From the IMG/VR virus record IMGVR_UViG_3300028832_000117, positions 34,312-98,311 of that record: DNA of 64,000 nt. One strand, written 5' to 3'. The stretch is from a virus (lineage: Duplodnaviria; Caudoviricetes). The notes beneath the pieces were generated by a model. That model did not search any database. It worked only from the letters and a program-made list of their open reading frames with translations, and had not been told where the DNA came from. Each line of letters opens with the position of its first letter. Within the stretch, counting starts at the first letter, position 1. Of this stretch, positions 25,068 through 36,300 are shown in pieces. The translations under genes were made by a program, and so were the position numbers.

Positions 25068-27347
25068 TCACTTGCCCTTTCTCTTACGACCAAGCTTGAA
25101 CCGCGTTGGCAGTACTCCAATCGTCAGCTCCGCGGCCGGAATCTCGACAGCATCGGAGGTCAGTCCTCCGGTTCCATCACCGTAGAAGCGGGCATCGGAG
25201 GGGATACCGTGTCTGCTCAACGACCCGTTCAGAAAACGGGCCCCGTTCTCCATGAGTGCAAGGGCAGCACGCGTGGTGCCCTCTTTGCGGGCTATGACCC
25301 CAAACCTGGGCTCAGATCTCTCCGTGTCATACCAGTTCGTCCCCGGCCCGGTGCCCCACACGTTCCTCGTAAATACATGCGAGGTGTTCGTCAGGGTACC
25401 AAGATTGGTATAGCTGTCCTTCATGCTCACGTTGGCCGGGTTGTTGCGCTTGCGGTCAGTGTCATTCGCATGGACAATGAGTCGGGCCTTGTGCCCGTTG
25501 ATGATTGCCTGCACCGGCAGGTTGCCTTGGTCAAGGGCGCTTTCTCCGGACATTCCGTAGAACACCTTGCCAAGGCCCTCAGCGTCTCCCGACGCCGACG
25601 AAGCTCTACGCCACATCTCACGCAAAAGGTTCTCACGTACTTCAGCATCGGGGTGCCCGGCGCGCGCGGACACTACATCCGGAGTCATGACGAACAGGCT
25701 TCCATTCCACTTCCCGGCATACCTGACGTCGTCTCCTTGCGCATACTTGGACTCTACGGAGAAGGTGGGGTGGTTAGGCTTCTTGTATTTGTCTACAAAA
25801 TGCGTGCCGTCCTTAATGCCTGTCTTGATGGTTTCCGGGTCCAGCCAATAGCCTCGTAGATCGTAGTCATGCTCGGACTGCAACAACTCGGGCAGGGTCC
25901 TCCGCCAGGCCTGATACTCGGCTTCACGCTCTGTCGGGACTTCCGTGTCATAAGTCTTTCTCGTCGGCTTCGCCTTAGCCGCCTGCTGTGGCGCCGCTTC
26001 GTCCACCATACTCCCGTCTTCCAAATCATAAAACCCTGCGGCCTTCGGGTTCGCCTTGAAGAACTCCACGTCCTCCGGAGTGTAGTCCTCGGTCCTTTGC
26101 ACGACGGGGTAGCCGAAGATCGACTCGGGGACCTTGTCGGATGCGAGGAAGTTCCTGAAGTTCCTGTGGCGGCTGTCGCCGCCCTTGCCGGCCTGCTGCA
26201 CGGCGACGCTCGCCGAGTAGGCCCCGTTCGCGCGGACGACGTTCTGTCCGCTGTCGAGATGGTACATGAGATCCACTCCTCCCGGTTCCACCGGTTTGAT
26301 TCCGAAATAGGGGATGTCGCGGCCGATGTTGTAGGTCCTGTCGTACGTGCGGTACTCCGCCTGCGACAGCTCCCTCCCCGGCAGCAGCTTGCCCGCCGCG
26401 TCGCGCATCACCTCGTGGTGGTCCGTTACGCGCATCACGGGCGTCACGGGCTTCCCGCGCACCGTGTACGGAGCGCCGAGGAACGTGAGCGACTGGTACG
26501 GAAGATACCCGTCGTTGTACACGTCGTAGAGCCTGGGGTCCTTGACGAACCTGTCGCGGGACATCGCGGACGCGTGGTTCGGTGAGAACGTAACGTCGCC
26601 GAGGCCCCTGGTCCGCATCATGAACTTCGTGCCGACCGGCTCGCCGACGACCGTCGCCGCGTCCCCCTTCGCGAGGACGTCGTACGACTTGAGGTTCGCG
26701 TTGTCGTAGAACCTCCTGCCCGCGCGGTGCGACTGCAGCGTGGCGTTCAGGTCCGCGACGTCCTTCTCGTACATCCAGTACATCCAGTACGGGTTCGCCG
26801 CGTCGTTGAGCTTGCGCACGGCCTCCTGCTTCACCCTGAGCGGGGCGTTCGCGGCGTCGATGCTGGAGGCGACGGCCGGGATGTCGCTCAGGGCGATGCG
26901 CTGTCCGTTGGGGAGCGGGACGCGCTCGCTGCGGTACAGCTTCACGTCCGCCTCGCGCGGAAGGAGGACGCGTCCGTCGTCCGTGACGAGGATGAGGTTC
27001 CCGGGGCTGTTGGAGAACATGGACTTGGGCGCAGCCACCACGGATGACGCCGCCTGCCTGTTCTGCAGCGGGACCGTGGCGCTCCCGAGGAAGCGCTTGT
27101 CCACGATGCGCGGACCGCGGACCGGATGCGGGTTGAACCTCATCCGCCCGACGGCCGCCGCGGGTCCCGCGGAGAGTCCGTACTGCGACGCCTCCTCGGC
27201 GAGGGCCATCGCCCTCCCGAGCTTCGTCGGGTTCTCGGGCGTCCCGAACAGCGGGTTGAGCGCGGCCAGCACGCCCTTCCGGACCGCCTGGCCGACCCGG
27301 GCGAACCCGGGCACCTCCTTCACCGGTTGCGATGCTGCGTATGCCAT
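25068..27347 (-). CDS. Mosaic multi-domain protein (putative internal virion protein)
   Basis: TGATG-coupled to the giant gene; DYDLRGYW...KKPNHPTFSVESKY module. Confidence 0.7.
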   Translation of the reverse strand: MAYAASQPVKEVPGFARVGQAVRKGVLAALNPLFGTPENPTKLGRAMALAEEASQYGLSAGPAAAVGRMRFNPHPVRGPRIVDKRFLGSATVPLQNRQAASSVVAAPKSMFSNSPGNLILVTDDGRVLLPREADVKLYRSERVPLPNGQRIALSDIPAVASSIDAANAPLRVKQEAVRKLNDAANPYWMYWMYEKDVADLNATLQSHRAGRRFYDNANLKSYDVLAKGDAATVVGEPVGTKFMMRTRGLGDVTFSPNHASAMSRDRFVKDPRLYDVYNDGYLPYQSLTFLGAPYTVRGKPVTPVMRVTDHHEVMRDAAGKLLPGRELSQAEYRTYDRTYNIGRDIPYFGIKPVEPGGVDLMYHLDSGQNVVRANGAYSASVAVQQAGKGGDSRHRNFRNFLASDKVPESIFGYPVVQRTEDYTPEDVEFFKANPKAAGFYDLEDGSMVDEAAPQQAAKAKPTRKTYDTEVPTEREAEYQAWRRTLPELLQSEHDYDLRGYWLDPETIKTGIKDGTHFVDKYKKPNHPTFSVESKYAQGDDVRYAGKWNGSLFVMTPDVVSARAGHPDAEVRENLLREMWRRASSASGDAEGLGKVFYGMSGESALDQGNLPVQAIINGHKARLIVHANDTDRKRNNPANVSMKDSYTNLGTLTNTSHVFTRNVWGTGPGTNWYDTERSEPRFGVIARKEGTTRAALALMENGARFLNGSLSRHGIPSDARFYGDGTGGLTSDAVEIPAAELTIGVLPTRFKLGRKRKGK

Positions 27348-30300
27348 CAGTAGTCGTATCCTTTCCGAATCCCGAACGGGTCGCGGAATCCTTCGCGCGC
27401 CGCCTCGGTCACCTGTGTCATCTCGGAGTCTGTGATGCCTTTGCGCTGGGCCTTGAGCTTGTCCTTGAGCGACCTGACCGCGTCGACCTTCCTGGTGCCG
27501 AGCCTGTTGATGGCACGCACCACCTTCGCCACCTCGCGGACGTCGTAGTCGTCGCCGGGCTTCTCCGGGAGGAGCTCGAACAGCCTGCCGTAGAGGCGCG
27601 GAAGCACCTGCCCACAGGCCGTATTGAGCTGCTGCTGGGGGTCGAACCCGTTGGTCTCTGCGTCGTGCAGTATGTCGGCGACCGGGTTCACCGGTCGCTT
27701 GGACTTGCGGCCCTTGACCGTGAAGCCTCCGTATGCGTAGCCCGCGCGGTCGTTGTTCGCCCACGCCGTCAGCGCCTTGACGAGCCTCTTCTGCACCGCC
27801 GTCTGGGACGCGCCCATCTGGACGGGCCCGAAGATCGGAAGGGCACCCGCGTCGCCGTTCCTGTGCATGCCTCCGACGGAGAACGGCAGGAACGCCTCGG
27901 CGAGGTTGAAGAGCGCGGAGTCCGTCGTCGGCGAGAGCCACCTCTCGAACTGGCCCTGCTCCTCCCACGGGAGCGAACGCTCGATGTAGCCGAGGCTCCT
28001 GCCGACCACACCCTCCAGGACGCGCTGCAGCGGCATGGAGAGCTTGGAGTTGAACTGGGCCCACGCGTCGTCGAACCAGCGGAAGAACTCCCAGCCCTGC
28101 TTGCCGAAGTGCATGTAGTAGTGGCGCGCCTTGGTCGTGCGGTTCGCAGGGTCGCGGCCGGTGTAGAGCGGAACGATGCTCGGAGTGAGCGCACCGGTGC
28201 CGGCGCCGACCGCCGCACCTATCGCCGCGGTGAGACGGTTGCCTCCGCCGGCGAGGCCTACGAGGCCTCCGGCGATCGCGCCGAGCGAGGTGGCGAGCGG
28301 ACGTCCGCCCTCCTTGAACGAGCGGGCGAGCCCGCCGAGCTTCGTCTCGTCGAAGCGCGCGATGGCCTTCAGAAGGGGCGTCAGGTCGAATGCGGTCCAC
28401 CTGGTCTTGTCCTCATTCTCCCACGTGCCCCAGCGGTCGTCATCGTCGCCACTGCCTCCGAGGGCCTTGGCGAGCGCGAGCGTCACCACCTGGAAGAGCG
28501 CCGGGACGCCTATCATGACGCCGAGGAACATGCGCATCCACCTGCCGGCGAAGTACTCGCGCTCCTTCCTGGACATCGTATGCCCGCCGGACAGCATGTC
28601 GGTGATGACGCTTCCGCCGCCGGCCTGCCACGCGCCGACCGTCCACTGCCACGAGAAGAGCATGGAGTTCATGAGCGCACGGGCCTTCGGGTGGGCCCAC
28701 GCGAACTGCATGGGGTCGATGCCGCCGATCTCGGCGTTGATGTACCTCGAGTACCTCCTGAGGTCGCGCACGGGGTCGAACGCCTTGCCTGCGGCCTTCG
28801 CCGCATGGCGGAGCTTCATGCACATCTGCGCGACGACCGCGAGCTTGGTGGCGTTGAGGACGTAGTTGAACGCCTTGTCGCCCTGCCGGACGAGGAGCGC
28901 ATCCATCATGCGGGCGAACTTGCCTGCGGCCGCGGCGCCCATGCTGTGGCGTATCGCCTCTTTCATGCGCTTGACGTCCTTCAGGAGCACCGTCTTGTCG
29001 GGTTCCATCGGGTTCGTGACGCTCGTGGAGACGGATATGCCGAGGGCCGCCGCCCAGGAGTACATCTCCGCGAGGAACGGATCGTTGGAGTCCATCATCC
29101 GCACGATGTCCTTCATGCCGATGTAGTCGTGCGTGATCCAGGCCTTGCCGCCGAACATCCCGCGCACCTTGTTCGCGAGGTCCGGGTGCTCCTTCATCCA
29201 GTCTCCGACCCACTTCCAGTTCGATCCGATCGTGGACATCGCGCCCACGGCGCCCATCGGGGACTCCCAGCGGGTCGCCATCGGGAAGAAGAACGAGAAG
29301 CTCACGGAGAGCGACTTGGAGTACGAGAGGGCGCGCTGTATGGCCGCACGGGTCGCCGCGCCGCCGATGCCGAGCGTCTTGCCCGCGTCGAGGTAGTGCT
29401 TGAGGTAGCCCATCGCCTCGCCGCCGGCCGTGGCGTTCATGTAGTCCTCACCGCTTCCGTCGAGAACCATCCAGCGATCCACGGAGACGAGCTGCGAGTC
29501 GTCGCCCGGAAGCTCGGTGTACCCGAGCTCGCCGATCTGCGCCTTGCGCGGCTTGCCCTCTATCTGGTGCTTCTGGCGTATGGCCTCGTACATGGCCCTG
29601 GCGTTGTCCACGCCGGATCTGGCCGGATCGTACACCTGGCCCACCTCCGGGTTCATGGCCTGCCACCACTCGGCGAGGTTGCCCCAGAAGGAGTCGGGGA
29701 GCCCGCTCGCTTCGGCGGCGAGGACGTTCGGGTCGGCGTAGTAGACCGGCCTGCCCGTCGCGCCCTCCGGCGTGAGCAGAAGGTTCGCGAGCGTCGCCCT
29801 CGACATCATGGCGTTCGTGATGCCGTCGATGCACTTGTGGACCTTGTGCCCGATCTGGAAGTTCGCGGGAAGCGTGCCGTGCATGCGGAACATGTCGGTG
29901 TCGCGGAAGCCCATGGAGCCTCCGAAGACCTCGCCGCGCTGCAGCTTCGTATCCTCGTACCTCGCGATGATGCCCTCGAGGTCGACATGACCCTTCCCTG
30001 CGTAGCCGGTACGCGACATCCAGACGAGCTCGCGTGCGCGGTTGTAGATCGCCTTTGCGATGTCGCCGTAGGTCGCGTCCGCGGAAAGGACGAGCCCTGA
30101 ATCGTAGGACGCCTTCGCGCCGGGTTCGTACGCCCCGTCCAGGATGTCCTGGAGGAACCTTCCGGCGCGGTGGTCGATTCCGTAGAACCTCGCGAGCGAG
30201 TCCACATCGTCCATGATCGTACCGGGGTCCATGCGGGACAGCGGCTTCTCCGCGTCGGCGGACGCCGTCACGCGCTCCACGAGCGCCTCGGCCTCCGACA

Positions 30301-33300
30301 TCTTGTCGGAGAGCGTGATGCGGTGCTGGCGGTCCGTGCGGACGGCGTTGTACATGAACATGCCGGAGCCGCGCCAGAACGGAAGCGCCGTACCGAACGC
30401 GTGGAAGTACTGGCCGTCGCCGTGCGTGAGCCACGGATGGCGCTTCACGAACTTCACGGCGTCGTTCCAGACGCCCATGAACTCGTCCACGATGAACTTG
30501 CGGTCGAGCCACTCCTCGGAACGCCCGGCGTCTACGAGCTTGCGGTACGTGGTGCTGCCGCGGAAGTTGGCGTCCACCTCGTCGCACGGGATGAGCACCG
30601 CGGCGTTCTCGTAGCGCGGAAGACCTCCCTTGTGCCTCGCCTCGCCGGGGTTGTGCCCGACCACGACGCCCTGGCGCACGAGCTCGCCGATGACGTAGCT
30701 GTCGTACGTCGCGGCGTCGTACACGGCGGGCGACGTCCAGCCCTCATGGAGCGGAGTCCCGCGGTCCCACATCTGGTCGGCCTTCGCCATGGCGGTCAGC
30801 ATGTTGCCGACGAGCCTGCGGTGCACGGCGGGCAGCAGATCGGCCGGCACCTGGCGCGTCAGCCTCCACACCGCCCACTCGATCGGGTTCATGCGCTCGT
30901 TGTTCTCGCGCTTCGCGACGACCTTCTCGACGGAGTAGTCGCCCGCATCGCGGCTCATCTGGCGGTAGAACGTGAGCGCGTCGACGCCCGTTACCAGGTG
31001 GCGCTGGCCGTTGGCGTGCGCCGAGCACATCTTGAGCCACATATCCACGCGGCGGATGTCGTCCTCGTCCATCTTGACGGATGTGGCCTTGCGGCCATAG
31101 TTGTCGAACCTGACGTATTCCTTGCCGTCGCGGCGGACGACCTCACCGTCCTCCATCCGGTACTCGCCCTTCTGGCGGATGACCTCGAGCAGCTTGCCGC
31201 CGGGTTCCAGGCTCACGCCGAGCATGTGGGCGATCCAGTTCTCGCGCTGCGTTATCGCGCTTACGAGACCCTTGTACTCGAAGTGCTCGTCGGACATCAT
31301 CTGCCCGAGGCCGTCGTGGGCGCCGAAGTCCGTACGCACCATCGACCTCAGCCACGCGTCCACGTTCTGCGCGATGAAGTGCGACTGGCACTGGTAGTCC
31401 ACGTACGCCGGGTTGTCCACGAGGTTCGAGTCGCCGACCAGGTGCTCGCCGAGGAACTCCGCGGAGGTCATGTTCTCCGGGATGCCGTTGAGCCTCGCGA
31501 GGCGCTTGGCCTCCGCGATGTCGCCGGCGAGCGCGGGGTGCACGTCGAGCTCCCCGTAGTACTTGGCCATCGCGGCGACCTGGTAGGCCGTCGTGAGCGC
31601 AAGCTTCAGCGCCTCCTGGACGGCCGGGTCCTGGTGGCTCTGGAGGAACGACCTCAGGTGCTCAGCCGCCTTCGGGTTGGCCGTACCGATGTTGTCCGGA
31701 TCGGTAAGGTCGCCCTCCGGGTTCACGACGTCGACCGGCATGATGTCCTTCATGTTGCCGAACTCGTCGAGCCCGCCGTCCTTCGTTCCGGCGCGGAGGG
31801 TCCCGATGACGTCGTTGAACGCCGTCATGCCCTGGTCGCGGCGGAACTGCGACATCCTGGTCGGGTCGCCGACGATGTCGTATATGGCGTCGAGCTGGCC
31901 GAGTATCATCTTGAGCTCCGCCTTGGACGCGCCGCTCGGCGACGCATTGTACAGCTCCGCCACGCGGTCGCGTGCGGACGTAACCATCTCGGACGGGGCC
32001 GTCGGATTCGTCGAGAGCACCCATGCGGACACCTGGTACTGGGACGCGTGGCGCGCGGCCTTGCCCGACGCGGTGTTGCTGCGCCTGTCGTTGGTGAATC
32101 CAGACTCGATGTACTGGTGCATCACGAGCGCGGCGCGGTAGGCGAGCGAACCCATGATCTCCTTGTTGGAGAGCGACTTCGCGGCCTCGGGGTTCACCGC
32201 GGCGAGCGCCTTGCGGAGGCCGTGCAGGACCGCCTGGCGGCGGAGCCCGGCGTCCGTACCGGACGACGCGTCGTTCGCCGAATAGCGGCTCACCACGTAC
32301 TCCAGCGGTCCGTCCCATGCGCCGGACTCGCGGAGCCCGTGCTCGAGCGCGGCCTGAATGGACGCCGACGTGCGGTAGAAGAGGTTGTTGCTGACGAGAG
32401 GCGAGACGACCTTCGAGATCTCCTCGGCCACGCCGTCGCGCGGAGGCTCGACCGTGAAGTCCCACCCCTCGACCGCCTTCTCCTCCGGGACGGGCAGGCC
32501 GAGAAGCTGCGCCATCTCGGCGCGTACGCCCGCAAGCCTCTGGAGGCGGATCGCCAGGGACGCCGCGTTCGACTCGGGATCCTCGATCATCTTGACGATC
32601 TTGCCGGCCAGCTGCGCGGATCTCTTCTCGATATCCTCCGTCAGCGCGGTCGCGGCCTCGGGCTGCTCCTCGTAGTCCAGGCGTGCGGCGCGCGGTGCAA
32701 CCCCCACGACCTGCTTCGCGGCGTTCGCCTCCAATGCGGACCGCGGGGTCTTCGGGGTGCGGGCCATCGCGAACTCGCGGCGGATGGCGCCCGCAGCCGA
32801 CGCGGACTCGAGCTGCGCCTCGGAGAGGCGCGCTGAGGACGGCTGCGCGATGCCGTGCACCATCATGCGGAAAAGCGTCTCCTCCCCGCCCCTGTCGCCG
32901 TACGAAAAGCCCTGCTTCAAGGCCGCAAGCAGCCCCTTCAGGAAGTCGAGTATGCGGCGGAACACTCCGCGCACCTCGTCGGCGGCGTGGTCGGTGTTGC
33001 CCTCGACCCACTTGCGGAACGACTCGGCGGCCCTCTCCTCGTTGAACCTGTGGCGACCGGACGGGTCCTCGCCGAAGGTAGCGGCGAGCTGCCTGTAGTC
33101 CTCTTCGCCGAACAGGCCGAAGGACTCGAACATGCGCATCATCGAGTGGAAATACTCGTGGTACGCCTTGGTGCCCGACGCGGTGGACAGCGATATCCTG
33201 CCCGCAAGCGTCGCGAGACCCTTGGCGTTCACGGACCACGCGACCTGGCTGGACGTCGCGCCGCCGAGCCCGTACTTCCGGACGAGCGCACGGCGCACGT

Positions 33301-36300
33301 CGCGGGGGAGCGACATGAACTGGCTTGCGGAAATGCCAAGGTCCACGGCGGCCGTCAGCGATGTCGCGTAGGCGACGGAGTCGGCCAGCCTCTCGACGTC
33401 GTCGTTCGACTCGAGGAGCGGATTCGCGGAGACGTCCACGACGATGGACACGGCCTTGCCCGTACCGGCATCGCCGCGCAGGTTGCCGCGTATCGTGAAC
33501 ACCGTCCCGCCGTTGTACTCGACGGACGCCCACGAACCGAGCAGCGAACCGAACGCAAGCGCGATCTTGGCGACGTCCTTGTCGTACTTGCCGTGGGCTT
33601 CGCGCGCCTCGCGCGGCTGTGCCGGGGCGACCGGAACGGAGGAGCGCACGACGCCGAGCGCGGCCTCGAACGCAGGATCGAACACATCGACGAGGTTGCG
33701 GTTCCCCGGGTTGCGGCGGTACTCCCTCCTGCCGGCCCCGCCGCGCAGCTTGTTGCGCGTCTGGTCGTCGGCGGGCTGATCGGCGATGTCGTAGGAATCC
33801 TGGGGCACCACCTTGTCCTCCGCGTTCGGCCTGTACGTCTCGGTCTCCCAGTTGGTGCCGACCATCAGCGGAAGGCACGGAGCCTGCTCCGAAATGCGAC
33901 GCAGGGTCGCCTCCCCCGAGGACAGCGCCGAGTAGTACGCCGACGGGAGACAGCTGAGGAGCGACGTGCTCGCCGCCGACGGTGCGCCGGCCATGCGGGA
34001 CGTCATGAGGGTGTACGCGGGGAGCAGCGCACCAAACAGGACAGCCGGAGTGACCTCCTCGTCCCCGAGCGCCTGCCATGCACGCTCGATCGTCTGCAGG
34101 CGCCTCTTGTCCATCGGAACACGCTTGATGTCCTCCAGGGTCTTCGGACTGGTCTTGGAGAACTCGCCTACGTACCTGAGCAAGGCGGCGCGCGACAATA
34201 CGAACGAACCGCCGTCAAGCCTGCCCTTCGATGTGGCGACGAAGCGCTTGCCCGCGAACGCCTGCCCGCGGATCACGCGGTCGAACATCTCGCGGACCTT
34301 GTCGAGCGACATCTGGTCGTTGGCGCGGAACGCGGGGGCGAGACGCCTGAGCTCCGCTGCCGCCGCACCGTAGTCGGTCTTTCCGCCTGTGAACGCGGTG
34401 TCGGGGGCGGAACGCACGAAGACCGCCGCGCGGTTCATCTCGTCGGACGCGAACTCCGTCGAGGTCACCATCAGCTCGTAGGCGATGGACATGAGCGACT
34501 CCACCGCCAGACGCGCCGCGATCGGCGCAGGTGTGAAGTTCCGGCTCCCGGTCACCTGGGTCTGCTGGCGCTGACGGATCAGCAGCTGGTTGAGCTGGGT
34601 CTGTGCCTTGATCTTCTCAGGCCCGGGCTTTGCCATCACGAATGCACGGCGCGCCTTGGCGACCTCGACGTCGAGCCCGCTCGCCGGTCCGGACGCGGCC
34701 TGTGCCTCCTGTATCCGTCCGGCCATGGACTTCATCAGACCGTATACCATGGTACCGGACAGCCTCTCTCCCTTAGCCATCGGGATACCGGCAAGCACGT
34801 CATCGACCAGACCGGAGAAGAACGCCGCGAGGTACGGGACCTGCTGCTGGTTGTACTGCAGCCTCAGAAGGTCGTACGCCCCGATCGTATCCTTGGCCAG
34901 CAGCCTGCCGACGACCTCACGGTTGTCGGCGTAGAAGGCGTTCGCCCTGTCGAGCAGCACCTCGCGGTTCTGCGCCGCCCTCACGGCACGTGCGGCGACG
35001 GTGGCCAGGTCCTGCCCGACCTCGTACATCCACATCGTGGCGTTGTGCATCCTCGAAAGGTCCGCGGCGGACACGGCGCCCGAAAGCGAAGGCTTGCCCG
35101 CCAGCGCCTTCCGGAAGTTCGTATACGTCTCGCCGATGCGCTGGGCCGTTGCCTGGGCGTTCGGCGCGCCAGGATCAGCCGTCAGGTAATTGAGGGACTG
35201 CTCGATCGAACGGGCACGGGTAAGCAGGCTGCGGCGGGCCGTCCACTGCGCGACCTTCATGCCTTCAAACGCCAGGGACATGGCCTTGCGCACCTTCTCG
35301 ACCTGGTCGTCCTTGAGGACGGTACCCATCTTAAGTCTCCACGCGGACAGATCGCCGACCTTGCGGGCCTCCATCGCGTTCAACCCCTCGACACCGTGCA
35401 GACCGTGCACGACCGCGCTGTACAAAAGACCCATGGCCGAGTTGCGTCCCGAATCTCTCGTAAGCATGTCCAGAAGCGTTATGCCACCATTGTCGCAAAT
35501 CGCCTTTCCAACGATCGCTCCGAGCGTCTTCGTGTCGGACGGGACGGTTTCCAAGACCCTCCGGTCCCCGTCTCTGACCTCTTCGACGCCCACGGACTCC
35601 ATGAACGCAGATTTGGACCAGCGGTCGCCGAGAAGGAACGAATGCGTGATAAGGTCATGGATCTCACCATCGTCCCTGCTGGAGTTGCGAAGCATCCAGT
35701 AACGCGGGCCATGTCTACGAATGTTGGACGCATACGACTTGAGGATCTCTTCAAACTGGATATCCGTGACCGGGAGACGCTCCGGGTACATGATTAGCTC
35801 CGTGATGACGGAGTCCATCATGCCGCGCGTCCATCCGAGTCGTCCGCAAACCTGCTCTTTGATGTCGTCGAACGTCGCGTTGGAGAGGCCGTCCACATGG
35901 TACATGAAGCGCAGCCACTGCTGTCCGCTTATCGGGCCCAGCAGGCTGGCGAGGTCGGTGTTGCGCTCGAAGTCCCCGGAGAACGAACCGAGGGCCCACG
36001 CCATGTGGAGCGTACGGGCCAGGCTCACCATCACACCGCGGGCGTCGCCTGCATCCATTGCGGACGTGGCGATGGCCATGGCAAGCCTGGGGTCACCCAG
36101 CGTACCGTTGGAGCCGTCGGGCCTGATGACCTCCGGGAGGCCCTCCTTGAGGAGCGCCTTCTTGGACCCCGTCGGAAATGCCTTGGTGGGCGATGAAGCG
36201 ATGCCATCGATGAACTTGGCGCGTGGCGCGTTATCAGTCGCTCCAGGCGCGGGACGACGAACGCTCCTAACGGTGTACCTGTCCTCGACAACCCCGTCGA

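Noticed and set aside
27348-28400. N-terminal extension of ORF 25068-28400
   Set aside because: Overlaps the giant gene; TGATG coupling supports a start at 27347
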